Assembly: GCA_049608925.1 (NCBI GenBank)
Contig: JBMYXZ010000003.1
Location: forward strand, 1-42,358
Direction: 5' to 3'
Length of the DNA: 42,358 nucleotides
Origin: Alphaproteobacteria bacterium
Lineage (GTDB): Bacteria > Pseudomonadota > Alphaproteobacteria > JAGOMX01
Each line of letters starts with the position of its first letter. The first letter of the stretch is position 1. Under the pieces are notes generated by a model. It saw only the letters and a list, made by a program, of their open reading frames with translations, made no database searches and had not been told where the DNA came from. Positions 34,279-42,358 of the stretch are shown in pieces. A program made the translations under genes and the position numbers.

Positions 34279-36987
34279 CTACCCTTGATCGTTGTTATTC
34301 ACATTAACATCAAGATCGATTTGCACAACGGCTCCTGTGTCTAGGCTGACGTAGGTATCATAGCCATCTGCCCCATCTTCGCCTGGCGCAGGGGCAGCAT
34401 TGTTATCCAGCACCCAACTGCCTTCGTTCAAATTGACAGTGTCTTTGCCATCGCCTTCGATTATCAAAACACCGTCTTCCAGGCCCATGTCCAGAACATC
34501 TTCGCCAGTTAGGTCGATCTTATTAGTTTTTCCATTACTCATATCAACGGTTTCGACGCTTGAAATATTATCCATGCTGATCAAGCCACTACCGTTCACA
34601 TCCAGCAAGTCATGACCTTCCCCACCATCAATTAGAGAGTCAAGTGAGTCATAGACCATGGTGTCATTACCACTGCCACCAAATAGTTGATCTGCGCCCT
34701 TACCACCATCAAGGAAGTCATCTCCGCCCTGACCATTATCAATGCCGCCGGCATCACCGTACATGATGTCATCACCTTTACCGCCATACATCGTGTCATC
34801 GCCGCCGGACGCTCCATCAGTCATATCACCAGCGGCATCTCCGAACATGATATCGTCGCCCTTACCACCGTGCATGGTATCGTCACCACCTTGGGCATTA
34901 CCGGACATATCACCGCCTGCATCTCCAGACATCAGATCGTCGCCCGTATCACCCTTCATGACGTCATCACCACCTTGAGCATTGCCAGACATGTTTCCGC
35001 CAGCATCACCGGACATGATATCATCACCATCACCGCCATACATTTTATCAGCGCCACCCTGTGAGTGATCAAGCATGTCACCGCCGGCATCACCTGACAT
35101 GGTGTCGTGACCAGATTCTCCGTACATGCTGTCCGCACCACCTGTAGCATTGCCTGACATGTCACCGCCTGCATCACCCGAAAGCGTATCGTCCCCGCTA
35201 CCGCCCTTCAGATTATCAGCACCACCTGTGGCATTATCAGTCATATTTTGCCCAGCATCACCAGATAGAGTATCGTCCCCTGATCCACCTTTTAGACTGT
35301 CTTTACCGCCTATGGCATCCCCTGACATGGTGTGGCCTGCATCGCCTGATAGGGTGTCATCACCCGTTCCACCATCTAGTTTATCTTTGCCTCCGATGGC
35401 ACTGCCCGACATAGTATGACCTGCGTCGCCTGATAGGGTATCCGCACCGTCACCACCTTTCAGGTTATCTTTGCCACCTGTGGCGTCATCAGTCATTGTA
35501 TGACCGGCATCTCCAGAAAGAGTGTCACTGCCGACACCACCTTCTAATCTATCTCCACCTCCAACGGCACTGCCTGACATTTCATGACCAGCATCACCGG
35601 ACAGGGTATCGTTGCCTTCACCACCTTTCAGTTGGTCACTTCCTCCCTTTGCAGCCCCAGACATCGTGTGACCGGCATCGCCTGATAGGGTATCCTCGCC
35701 GGTTCCGCCATCGAGCTTATCGTTGCCACCTTTTGCACTGTCAGCCATATTCTGTCCGGCGTCACCAGACATAGCATCATCGCCTTCGCCACCTTTCAGA
35801 TTGTCCTTACCGCCGCGCGCAGTATCTGACATATTTTGAGCTGCATCACCTGTCATAGAGTCGCCGTCAGCACCACCGGTAAGGTTATCATTCCCACCCT
35901 TGGTATTTTCTGCCATGCTGGCAGCTTCGCCACCAGAAATTCCCAGGTCAACAGGCTGCTCTTCTACGATTGGCTCGACCTCTTCAATAGTCTCCACAAC
36001 GTTTTCCAGAACGGATGGAGCAGCTTCTTCTACATTCTCTTCCGGTGAAGCCTCAGGTGCGGGCTCTTCAATCTGCACATCCTCAACAACTTCTGGAGCT
36101 GTCTCGACAACTGCTTCCCCGGCATCACCTCCCCTGCCAAAGACAGGACCTGTTTCCAGGCCCTCCTGTGATTCTCTAGAATCTTCTTGTTTCTCTGGCT
36201 TGTCTTCTTCTTGATTGCGCTTGGATTGCATGCGCTCGAAGCGCGCCATCATTCTATCCCCAAGGGAATTCAAACCTATGTCTTGTGCTTCGACATTATC
36301 GGCCTTGAAGTCCTCTCTGGCTTCTTGCATCATCTCTTTTAATGTTTCGCGCGCTTCTGGGCCTGCATTGTCTCGCACAAACTCGCGAACAGCCTGAAAT
36401 TGTTCTTTTCCAGATGATGTCGCTGTGAAATCACCTGAATAAAAATCATTCCCGCGCCCTTCGAAATCTCTGCCGCCCGATTCAAAAGTATCAAAATCTA
36501 ACTTTGCATCAAAAGCTTTGGTTTCAAATATCGACCCAAAGCCCTCGCTGACATTTGTGCTTGGTGTTAACTGAAATTCACCTTCTTCAACCTGGGCAGT
36601 AGAAGATTCAACAAGACCGTCTAGCTGTCCAAGGCCTTGCTGACCAAGTGCAGATGGTGCTTCAACTGCATCTTCACCATTTACATCCTGACTTACATTT
36701 TGAAAACCAGGATCCGTCCCAGGAGTCTCAGTTACTGTAGGGCCTGTTCCCATAAGGTCCAGTTGAATATTCACATTTGCTTCAGCAGGGGTATCGGCCT
36801 CAATATCGATGATACCAAGATCACCCTCTTGCGAGACATCCTCTTGGCCAGCAATATCCATCAAGACCATTTCATCATTTATAAATGGATTAAACAGGTT
36901 TCCAACGTTTTCAGGAACTTGTTGGTTAGTATTTTCCTGAACTTGGTTGCTACTATTTGTACCAGTCTTACCAGTTGGCTCAGCCAT
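34279..36987 (-). CDS. RTX-like Ca-binding repeat protein, paralogue 1 (902 aa), with T1SS-type C-terminal domain
   Basis: GGGGAGGA Shine-Dalgarno. It has 13.5 copies of a 28-aa GGxDxLxGGxGxDxhSGDAGxxMxxxAx repeat, and its C-terminal 159 aa are shared with the two neighbours, ending NVNNNDQG. Confidence 0.9.
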   Translation of the reverse strand: MAEPTGKTGTNSSNQVQENTNQQVPENVGNLFNPFINDEMVLMDIAGQEDVSQEGDLGIIDIEADTPAEANVNIQLDLMGTGPTVTETPGTDPGFQNVSQDVNGEDAVEAPSALGQQGLGQLDGLVESSTAQVEEGEFQLTPSTNVSEGFGSIFETKAFDAKLDFDTFESGGRDFEGRGNDFYSGDFTATSSGKEQFQAVREFVRDNAGPEARETLKEMMQEAREDFKADNVEAQDIGLNSLGDRMMARFERMQSKRNQEEDKPEKQEDSRESQEGLETGPVFGRGGDAGEAVVETAPEVVEDVQIEEPAPEASPEENVEEAAPSVLENVVETIEEVEPIVEEQPVDLGISGGEAASMAENTKGGNDNLTGGADGDSMTGDAAQNMSDTARGGKDNLKGGEGDDAMSGDAGQNMADSAKGGNDKLDGGTGEDTLSGDAGHTMSGAAKGGSDQLKGGEGNDTLSGDAGHEMSGSAVGGGDRLEGGVGSDTLSGDAGHTMTDDATGGKDNLKGGDGADTLSGDAGHTMSGSAIGGKDKLDGGTGDDTLSGDAGHTMSGDAIGGKDSLKGGSGDDTLSGDAGQNMTDNATGGADNLKGGSGDDTLSGDAGGDMSGNATGGADSMYGESGHDTMSGDAGGDMLDHSQGGADKMYGGDGDDIMSGDAGGNMSGNAQGGDDVMKGDTGDDLMSGDAGGDMSGNAQGGDDTMHGGKGDDIMFGDAAGDMTDGASGGDDTMYGGKGDDIMYGDAGGIDNGQGGDDFLDGGKGADQLFGGSGNDTMVYDSLDSLIDGGEGHDLLDVNGSGLISMDNISSVETVDMSNGKTNKIDLTGEDVLDMGLEDGVLIIEGDGKDTVNLNEGSWVLDNNAAPAPGEDGADGYDTYVSLDTGAVVQIDLDVNVNNNDQG
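34759..35898 (-). repeat. In-frame 84-bp (28-codon) tandem repeats within paralogue 1
   Basis: Counted from the translation at aa 364-743. Copies are diverged at the DNA level. Confidence 0.85.
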
Positions 36988-37006
36988 ATATCCTCCCCTG
37001 ATTTAT

Positions 37007-40000
37007 CTACCCAGGATCATTATTGTTTACGTTTACATCGAGACTTACCTGAACGATCGCGCCGTTTTCAAGGCTTACGTAGGTATTATAATCACCGTCT
37101 TCCGGCGTTGGTGCAGCATTATTATCCAGCACCCAACTGCCTTCTTGCAATGTTAGAGTATCTTTCGCATCCCCGTCAACTTTCAGAACACCGTCTTCAA
37201 GGTCCATATTCAGGACATCTTCAGCGGAAATGTCGACCTTATTTGTTTTATTGTTATCTATATCAATAGCTTCCACGCTTTTTACGTGGTCAAGGCTGAC
37301 AACGCCGCTGCCTTTAACATCCAACACATCATATCCAGCACCGCCATCGACAATTGAATCAAGGGAATCGTATGCCATGGTGTCGTTGCCACTGCCACCA
37401 AACAGTTGGTCGGCCCCTTTGCCACCATCAAGATAGTCATCGCCTCCCTGGCCGTTATCTTTACCCCCGGCATCACCATATAAAATATCTTTACCAGCAC
37501 CACCGTATAGTGTGTCATTGCCGCCAGTACCCTGATGCATTATATGCTCAACAGTATCTCCATAGAGAGTATCGTCGCCTTTACCGCCATAAATTATGTC
37601 ATCCCCTCCGCTGGCATTATGCTTGATGTGTTTACCGGCATCGCCTGAGAGTAAATCATCGCCCTTGCCGCCTTTGATAACATCATCACCACCATGGGCA
37701 TCATTTAGCAAGTTCTTGCTAGCATCTCCAGAAATCGCATCATGTCCTTTTCCACCCTTAAGTGTGTCATGACCACCTTCAGAATCTCCCTTAAGATTCT
37801 TGCCGGCATCACCTGACATAACGTCGTGCCCTTTACCGCCCTTTAGCAAGTCATCTCCGCCTTGAGAGTCATCTTTGATGTTCTTACCAGCATCACCAGA
37901 CATGATGTCATCACCACGACCACCTTTAAGGGTGTCGTCACCACCCTTTGAGTCATCAACGATATTGTGGCCGGCATCTCCGGCCATAAGGTCATCACCT
38001 TTGCCGCCCTTTAGAACATCGTCTCCACCTTTGGAGTCATCCTTGATGTTCTTACCAGCATCGCCAGACATGATGTCATCACCACGGCCGCCTTTAAGGA
38101 TGTCATCACCACCCGTTGAGTGATCAGTAATATTGTGGCCAGCGTCTCCGGCCATAAGGTCATCGCCTTTACCGCCCTTTAGAACATCATCTCCGCCTTT
38201 GGAATCATCTTTGATGTTCTTACCAGCATCGCCAGACATGGTGTCATCACCACGGCCACCCTTGAGGATGTCGTCTCCGCCTTTGGAGTCATCTTTGATG
38301 TTCTTACCTGCATCACCAGATATGATGTCATCACCACGGCCGCCTTTGAGGATGTCGTTTCCACCTTGAGAGTTATCAACGATATTATGTCCAGCATCTC
38401 CAGCCATAAGGTCATCGCCTTTGCCGCCCTTTAGAACATCGTCTCCACCTTTGGAGTCATCCTTGATATTCTTGCCGGCATCGCCAGACATGATGTCATC
38501 ACCACGACCACCTTTGAGGATGTCGTCTCCACCTTGAGAGTTATCAACGATATTGTGGCCAGCATCTCCGGCCATAAGGTCATCGCCTTTGCCGCCCTTT
38601 AGAACATCGTCTCCGCCTTGAGAGTTATCAACGATATTATGACCAGCGTCGCCCGACATAAGGTCATCGCCTTTACCGCCTTTTAGAACATCATCTCCGC
38701 CTTGAGATTTATCCTTGATGTTATGACCAGCGTCTCCAGACATAAGGTCATCACCTTTACTGCCTTTTAGAGCATCATCTCCGCCTTGAGAATTATCTTT
38801 GATGTTCTTACCAGCATCACCTGACATCGTGTCGTCACCCTTGCCTCCTTTAAGGATGTCGTCTCCACTCTTGGAGTGATCTACGATGTTATGACCAGCG
38901 TCTCCCGCCATAAAGTCATCGCCTTTGCCGCCCTTTAGAATATCATCTCCACCTTTGGAGTCATCCTTGATGTTCTTACCGGCATCACCGGACATGGTGT
39001 CATCACCACGGCCGCCTTTGAGAACGTCGTCTCCGCCTTTGGAGTTATCTACGATATTATGTCCAGCATCTCCGGCCATAAAGTCATTGCCTTTGCCGCC
39101 CTTAAGGATGTCATTACCACCCTTCGCATGATCAATGATACTTTGCACGGCATCGCCAAGAAGGGTATCGTCACCCTTACCTCCCTTTAGAATATCATCT
39201 CCACCTTGGGCACCATCGATAATATTCTTACCTGCATCACCTGCAAGCAAATCATCACCAGGCCCCCCTTTGAGAACGTCATTGCCACCCTTCGCATGAT
39301 CAATGATACTTTGCACAGCATCGCCAAGAAGGGTATCATCACCCTTACCACCCTTCAGAACATCGTCTCCACCTTGGGCACCATTAATGATGTTCTTACC
39401 TGCATCACCCGAGAGCAAATCATCGCCACCTCTACCTACCAGCAGATCATCGCCCCCAAGTGCACCGTTCTCAAGTGACCCTGGCGTATCACCAACAAAC
39501 GTATCGGCTTGCTCTGATCCACGCTGAACTGAATCAAACATCTTGTTGATTTTGCTGTGCACTGCGTTAAAGAAGTCATTGTTGATGAAATTCTGAATTT
39601 GCCCTTCACCGGTTGCATGCTCTGCAATAAAGTCTGTACTGCCCTGCTTATCTACTTTATTACTCGTTTCTTCAAATGAGCTCAGATCATATTCTGAAGA
39701 AGACAAGTCTGGGCTTTTCTCTAAATCACGCGACTCGAAAAAAGAATTATACCCTTGTGAGGAAGGCTGTTGGTCAGCTAAAAGTTCTTCAGAATCCTCC
39801 TCTTGATCCTCCTCCACTAGCGCGTCATTTTCTGCGGCTATCTCAAGGAATTCTTCTTCATCTTCAAAGTTGAGGGTCTCTTGCTGGTATTCGTTATCAT
39901 TCGCTTTATAGTGAACCGCCAAGACGCCTTCAGGCAAAAAAGGATTGAACACGTTAGCCGGGTCAACTGGCTGTGCAGCATTGCTCTGATAATCAGAAAA

Positions 40001-40060
40001 TTTTTCTTGAATCGAGTTTGAAATTTTCTGAATACTATTTGCAAGTTCATCAAGTGTCAT
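37007..40060 (-). CDS. RTX-like Ca-binding repeat protein, paralogue 2 (1017 aa), with T1SS-type C-terminal domain
   Basis: 23 full 28-aa repeats (GDAGxNIxDxSxGGDDxLKGGxGDDxMx), an acidic N-terminal 200 aa, and a C-terminal 156 aa homologous to the neighbours, ending NVNNNDPG. Confidence 0.9.
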   Translation of the reverse strand: MTLDELANSIQKISNSIQEKFSDYQSNAAQPVDPANVFNPFLPEGVLAVHYKANDNEYQQETLNFEDEEEFLEIAAENDALVEEDQEEDSEELLADQQPSSQGYNSFFESRDLEKSPDLSSSEYDLSSFEETSNKVDKQGSTDFIAEHATGEGQIQNFINNDFFNAVHSKINKMFDSVQRGSEQADTFVGDTPGSLENGALGGDDLLVGRGGDDLLSGDAGKNIINGAQGGDDVLKGGKGDDTLLGDAVQSIIDHAKGGNDVLKGGPGDDLLAGDAGKNIIDGAQGGDDILKGGKGDDTLLGDAVQSIIDHAKGGNDILKGGKGNDFMAGDAGHNIVDNSKGGDDVLKGGRGDDTMSGDAGKNIKDDSKGGDDILKGGKGDDFMAGDAGHNIVDHSKSGDDILKGGKGDDTMSGDAGKNIKDNSQGGDDALKGSKGDDLMSGDAGHNIKDKSQGGDDVLKGGKGDDLMSGDAGHNIVDNSQGGDDVLKGGKGDDLMAGDAGHNIVDNSQGGDDILKGGRGDDIMSGDAGKNIKDDSKGGDDVLKGGKGDDLMAGDAGHNIVDNSQGGNDILKGGRGDDIISGDAGKNIKDDSKGGDDILKGGRGDDTMSGDAGKNIKDDSKGGDDVLKGGKGDDLMAGDAGHNITDHSTGGDDILKGGRGDDIMSGDAGKNIKDDSKGGDDVLKGGKGDDLMAGDAGHNIVDDSKGGDDTLKGGRGDDIMSGDAGKNIKDDSQGGDDLLKGGKGHDVMSGDAGKNLKGDSEGGHDTLKGGKGHDAISGDASKNLLNDAHGGDDVIKGGKGDDLLSGDAGKHIKHNASGGDDIIYGGKGDDTLYGDTVEHIMHQGTGGNDTLYGGAGKDILYGDAGGKDNGQGGDDYLDGGKGADQLFGGSGNDTMAYDSLDSIVDGGAGYDVLDVKGSGVVSLDHVKSVEAIDIDNNKTNKVDISAEDVLNMDLEDGVLKVDGDAKDTLTLQEGSWVLDNNAAPTPEDGDYNTYVSLENGAIVQVSLDVNVNNNDPG
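37478..39457 (-). repeat. In-frame 84-bp tandem repeat array (23 full units plus a partial) with alternating subtypes in its central part
   Basis: Counted from the translation at aa 202-861. Example: 37981-38100 versus 38401-38520 are identical at 112 of 120 positions by my count. Confidence 0.9.
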
Positions 40061-40081
40061 AATTTTCCCCGAGCACCTGGT

Positions 40082-42358
40082 TTAACCAGGATCATTGTTA
40101 TTTACGGTAACGCCAAGTTCGACTTGAACTATGGCTCCGTTATCTGCGCTGACATAAGTGTCGTATTCCCCCGGCGCGGCTCCATCGGGTAGTGGTGCAG
40201 CATTATTATCTAATACCCAATTTCCAGTATCCAGTGTGACCGTGTCTCCGTTATCACCATCAAGAATCAACGTATTATTTTCAGCCCCCATATTCATGAC
40301 ATCTGTTGCTGTAAGGTTCACTTGGTTAGCCAGCGCATTATCCATATCGATTTTCTCAACCCCTTGCACGTTTGCCAGGTTAATCAGACCGCTGCCGTCA
40401 ACATCCAACAAGTCAAAGTCCGCACCACCATCGATTAACGAGTCAAGGCTGTCATACTGGATGGTATCATCACCCGAACCACCAAAGATCTGGTCAACGC
40501 CGGCGCCACCGTCAATAAAGTCATCACCACCATTTCCATTGTCTGTGCCACCTGCATCTCCGTAAATGGTGTCGTTGCCTTCTCCGCCATAGATCGTGTC
40601 ATTACCACCCTGTCCATCATTTCTTATATCATCTCCAGCATCACCATATATGGTATCATTGCCCTCTCCGCCATAGATAGTGTCATCACCACCGTGACCA
40701 TCACTTCTAATATCATCTCCAGCATCACCATAAATAGTGTCACTGCCAGTTCCACCATGAATGGTATCATCACCACCAGTTGAATCGACTATATCATCTT
40801 TAGCATCACCATATATGGTATCCGAACCTGCATCTCCATGTAGGGTGTCATCACCACCCACACTGCTGTTACGCAAGTCACCCCCATAATCAGACCCAGA
40901 ACGTCCACCCGCATCACCCACGATCAAATCATCATCATCACCACCATAGATAATGTCGTCACCACCTATAGCATTACTCATATCCTTTCCGGCATCGCCA
41001 TATAGGGTATCGTCTCCATCACTACCATAGAGGATATCAGCACCCCCTGTTGCGCTATTTAAGTCACCGGAAAGGTCACCATAGATAGTATCGTCATGGT
41101 TTAATCCATCTATGTAATCATCACCTAAGCCACCTGTTTTGGTGTTTTTACCATTATTTCCATAATCAACATCCTTAACATCCATCTGGAAGACATCGGA
41201 TACAGTTGCGCCAGATGAATCTGTCGCCGTCACTTCAATGTTATAGACGCCGCTGTCATTGCTGTCTGGAGAGCCCGATATAACACCGGTATTGGCATCA
41301 ATACTTAACCAAGAAGGAAGCGATCCTCCACCTTGCAGTTGCGCACTGAACGTCAGGGTATCGCCAACATCAGCATCCGAGAAGTTTGAAGAAACGTCAT
41401 AACTGATGTCATCACTTTCCGTTCTAATAATATCAGCAATAGGCATGACAGTCGGTGCAGAATTTACACCATCCACTGTCACCTGGAATACATCTGAAAC
41501 GCTAGCGCCCGCTGCATCGGTCATAGTGACTTCGATATTATAGCTTCCAACATCGTTACCATCTGGTGTTCCAGATAATACGCCTGTACTTGCATCAATG
41601 CTTAACCATGCAGGAAGTGCTCCACCACCTTGCAGCTGAGCGGTATAGTTTCTAGTGTCACCAACATCTACGTCTGAAAAACTGCTGCTTACATCATAGT
41701 TAAGCGCAGTATTCTCATCAACCGATGTATCACTGATTGGTGTAACTGTAGGCGCGTCATTAGTATTGTTAACCGTAATCTCGAAAGCATCACTTACAGT
41801 GGCACCTGCTGAGTCAGTTGCAGTAACCTCAACATTAATACTTCCAACATCATCGTTCTCAGGAGTTCCAGACAATACACCTGTATTAGCGTCGATACTC
41901 AACCAAGCTGGAAGAGCGCCGCCACCTTGAAGTTGTGCGGTGTAAGTTAAAGTATCACCCACATCTGAATCATCGAAGTTACCACTGACGTCGTAATTTA
42001 AAAGACTATCTTCATTGACTGCAGTATCGCTAATCGGTGTAACTGTAGGCGCATCATTGGTATTGTTAACATCAATCTCAAACGTATCTGAGACAGTAGC
42101 ACCTGCAGCATCGGTTGCTGTGACTTCTACATTATATGTGCCGATATCTCCATTATCTGGAGTACCGGAAAGAACACCGGTGTTAGCATCGATGCTCAAC
42201 CATGAAGGTAATGCCCCTCCGCCCTGAAGCTGAGCACTAAATGTCATCGTGTCGCCAACATCAACATCATCAAAGTTGCCGCTGACGTCATAGTTCAATA
42301 GTGAATCTTCACTCACAGATGTATCACTGATTGGTGTTACCGTTGGTGCGTCGTTGGT
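40082..42358 (-). CDS. RTX-like adhesin, paralogue 3 (partial, 5' end beyond the window): cadherin-like Ig repeats + RTX repeats + T1SS-type C-terminal domain
   Basis: The frame stays open to base 42358 (reverse complement reads TNDAPTVTPISDTSVSEDSLLN). There are at least 4 copies of a 99-aa repeat with LP(S/A)WLSIDANTGVLSGTP...VEVTATD (He_PIG/CADG-like), then GGDDTIYGG-type repeats, ending TVNNNDPG. Confidence 0.9.
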   Translation of the reverse strand, partial: TNDAPTVTPISDTSVSEDSLLNYDVSGNFDDVDVGDTMTFSAQLQGGGALPSWLSIDANTGVLSGTPDNGDIGTYNVEVTATDAAGATVSDTFEIDVNNTNDAPTVTPISDTAVNEDSLLNYDVSGNFDDSDVGDTLTYTAQLQGGGALPAWLSIDANTGVLSGTPENDDVGSINVEVTATDSAGATVSDAFEITVNNTNDAPTVTPISDTSVDENTALNYDVSSSFSDVDVGDTRNYTAQLQGGGALPAWLSIDASTGVLSGTPDGNDVGSYNIEVTMTDAAGASVSDVFQVTVDGVNSAPTVMPIADIIRTESDDISYDVSSNFSDADVGDTLTFSAQLQGGGSLPSWLSIDANTGVISGSPDSNDSGVYNIEVTATDSSGATVSDVFQMDVKDVDYGNNGKNTKTGGLGDDYIDGLNHDDTIYGDLSGDLNSATGGADILYGSDGDDTLYGDAGKDMSNAIGGDDIIYGGDDDDLIVGDAGGRSGSDYGGDLRNSSVGGDDTLHGDAGSDTIYGDAKDDIVDSTGGDDTIHGGTGSDTIYGDAGDDIRSDGHGGDDTIYGGEGNDTIYGDAGDDIRNDGQGGNDTIYGGEGNDTIYGDAGGTDNGNGGDDFIDGGAGVDQIFGGSGDDTIQYDSLDSLIDGGADFDLLDVDGSGLINLANVQGVEKIDMDNALANQVNLTATDVMNMGAENNTLILDGDNGDTVTLDTGNWVLDNNAAPLPDGAAPGEYDTYVSADNGAIVQVELGVTVNNNDPG
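41161..42358 (-). repeat. 297-bp (99-codon) tandem repeats encoding cadherin-like Ig domains
   Basis: Repeat boundaries (NDAPTVTPISDT...) were read from the translation. The array continues beyond the window. Confidence 0.85.

Noticed and set aside
34687-36397. Plus-strand ORFs inside paralogue 1 (34687-35064, 34742-34978, 35126-35419, 35496-35774, 35900-36214, 36215-36397)
   Set aside because: The same antisense artefact of low-complexity, repeat-rich coding sequence.
36637-37269. 210-aa plus-strand ORF spanning the junction of RTX paralogues 1 and 2
   Set aside because: It lies antisense across two well-supported genes and their 19-bp spacer. The product is a compositionally odd Leu/Ile/Cys/Ser-rich sequence with no Shine-Dalgarno.
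37875-39131. Several plus-strand ORFs (for example 37875-38123, 38133-38369, 38925-39131) encoding Ser/Pro-rich repeats (MFLPASPDMMSSPRPPLR...)
   Set aside because: They are antisense read-throughs of the 84-bp Gly/Asp repeat array. GGN/GAY codons give stop-free NCC/RTC codons on the opposite strand. They have no independent start context and lie fully within a much longer, better-supported minus-strand CDS.
37478-39457. Regular 84-bp periodicity that could be mistaken for a CRISPR-like array
   Set aside because: There are no unique spacers between repeats. The whole array is one uninterrupted reading frame encoding RTX-type Gly/Asp repeats.

Overview
Gene-dense chromosomal segment whose gene content and order read as alphaproteobacterial. 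The backbone is housekeeping: pgi-mutL; a tlpA-like / unknown 646-aa / trxB / enoyl-CoA hydratase-family operon; tetR and ribokinase; ileS-CDF-ccmA-ccmB; greA and an ELM1-family gene; rmlA-rmlB; hemW-rdgB-rph divergent from grpE; aroK and a family-4 UDG. Several small accessory pockets interrupt it. (1) 3.2-5.4 kb holds a small protein with a PD-(D/E)xK-like motif, convergent with an AAA+ ATPase that has its own D-x13-E-x-K motif and is preceded by five exact-phase 22-bp tandem repeats. (2) 18.3-22.7 kb holds a sensor-less histidine kinase plus single-domain response regulator, convergent with an SDR / FeS-type cryptochrome-photolyase / secreted ORFan operon. (3) 22.7-25.7 kb is a decayed pocket on the 3' side of tRNA-Lys(UUU). 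It contains nested inverted repeats (one pair with compensatory hairpin changes), an ABC-F ATPase C-terminal remnant, a CxxC protein and an APH-family kinase. (4) Lineage-specific signal-peptide or lipoprotein ORFans lie between conserved genes. (5) 34.3-42.4 kb is the most striking part. It carries three tightly packed tandem paralogues of giant acidic Ca-binding RTX-like proteins. They share a C-terminal type-I-secretion-like module and are built from an unusual 28-residue (9+9+10) super-repeat, and the third also carries cadherin-like Ig repeats and runs off the window. No CRISPR array, rRNA, integrase or intact transposase was seen. All functional calls rest on motif recognition by eye and no database search was possible.
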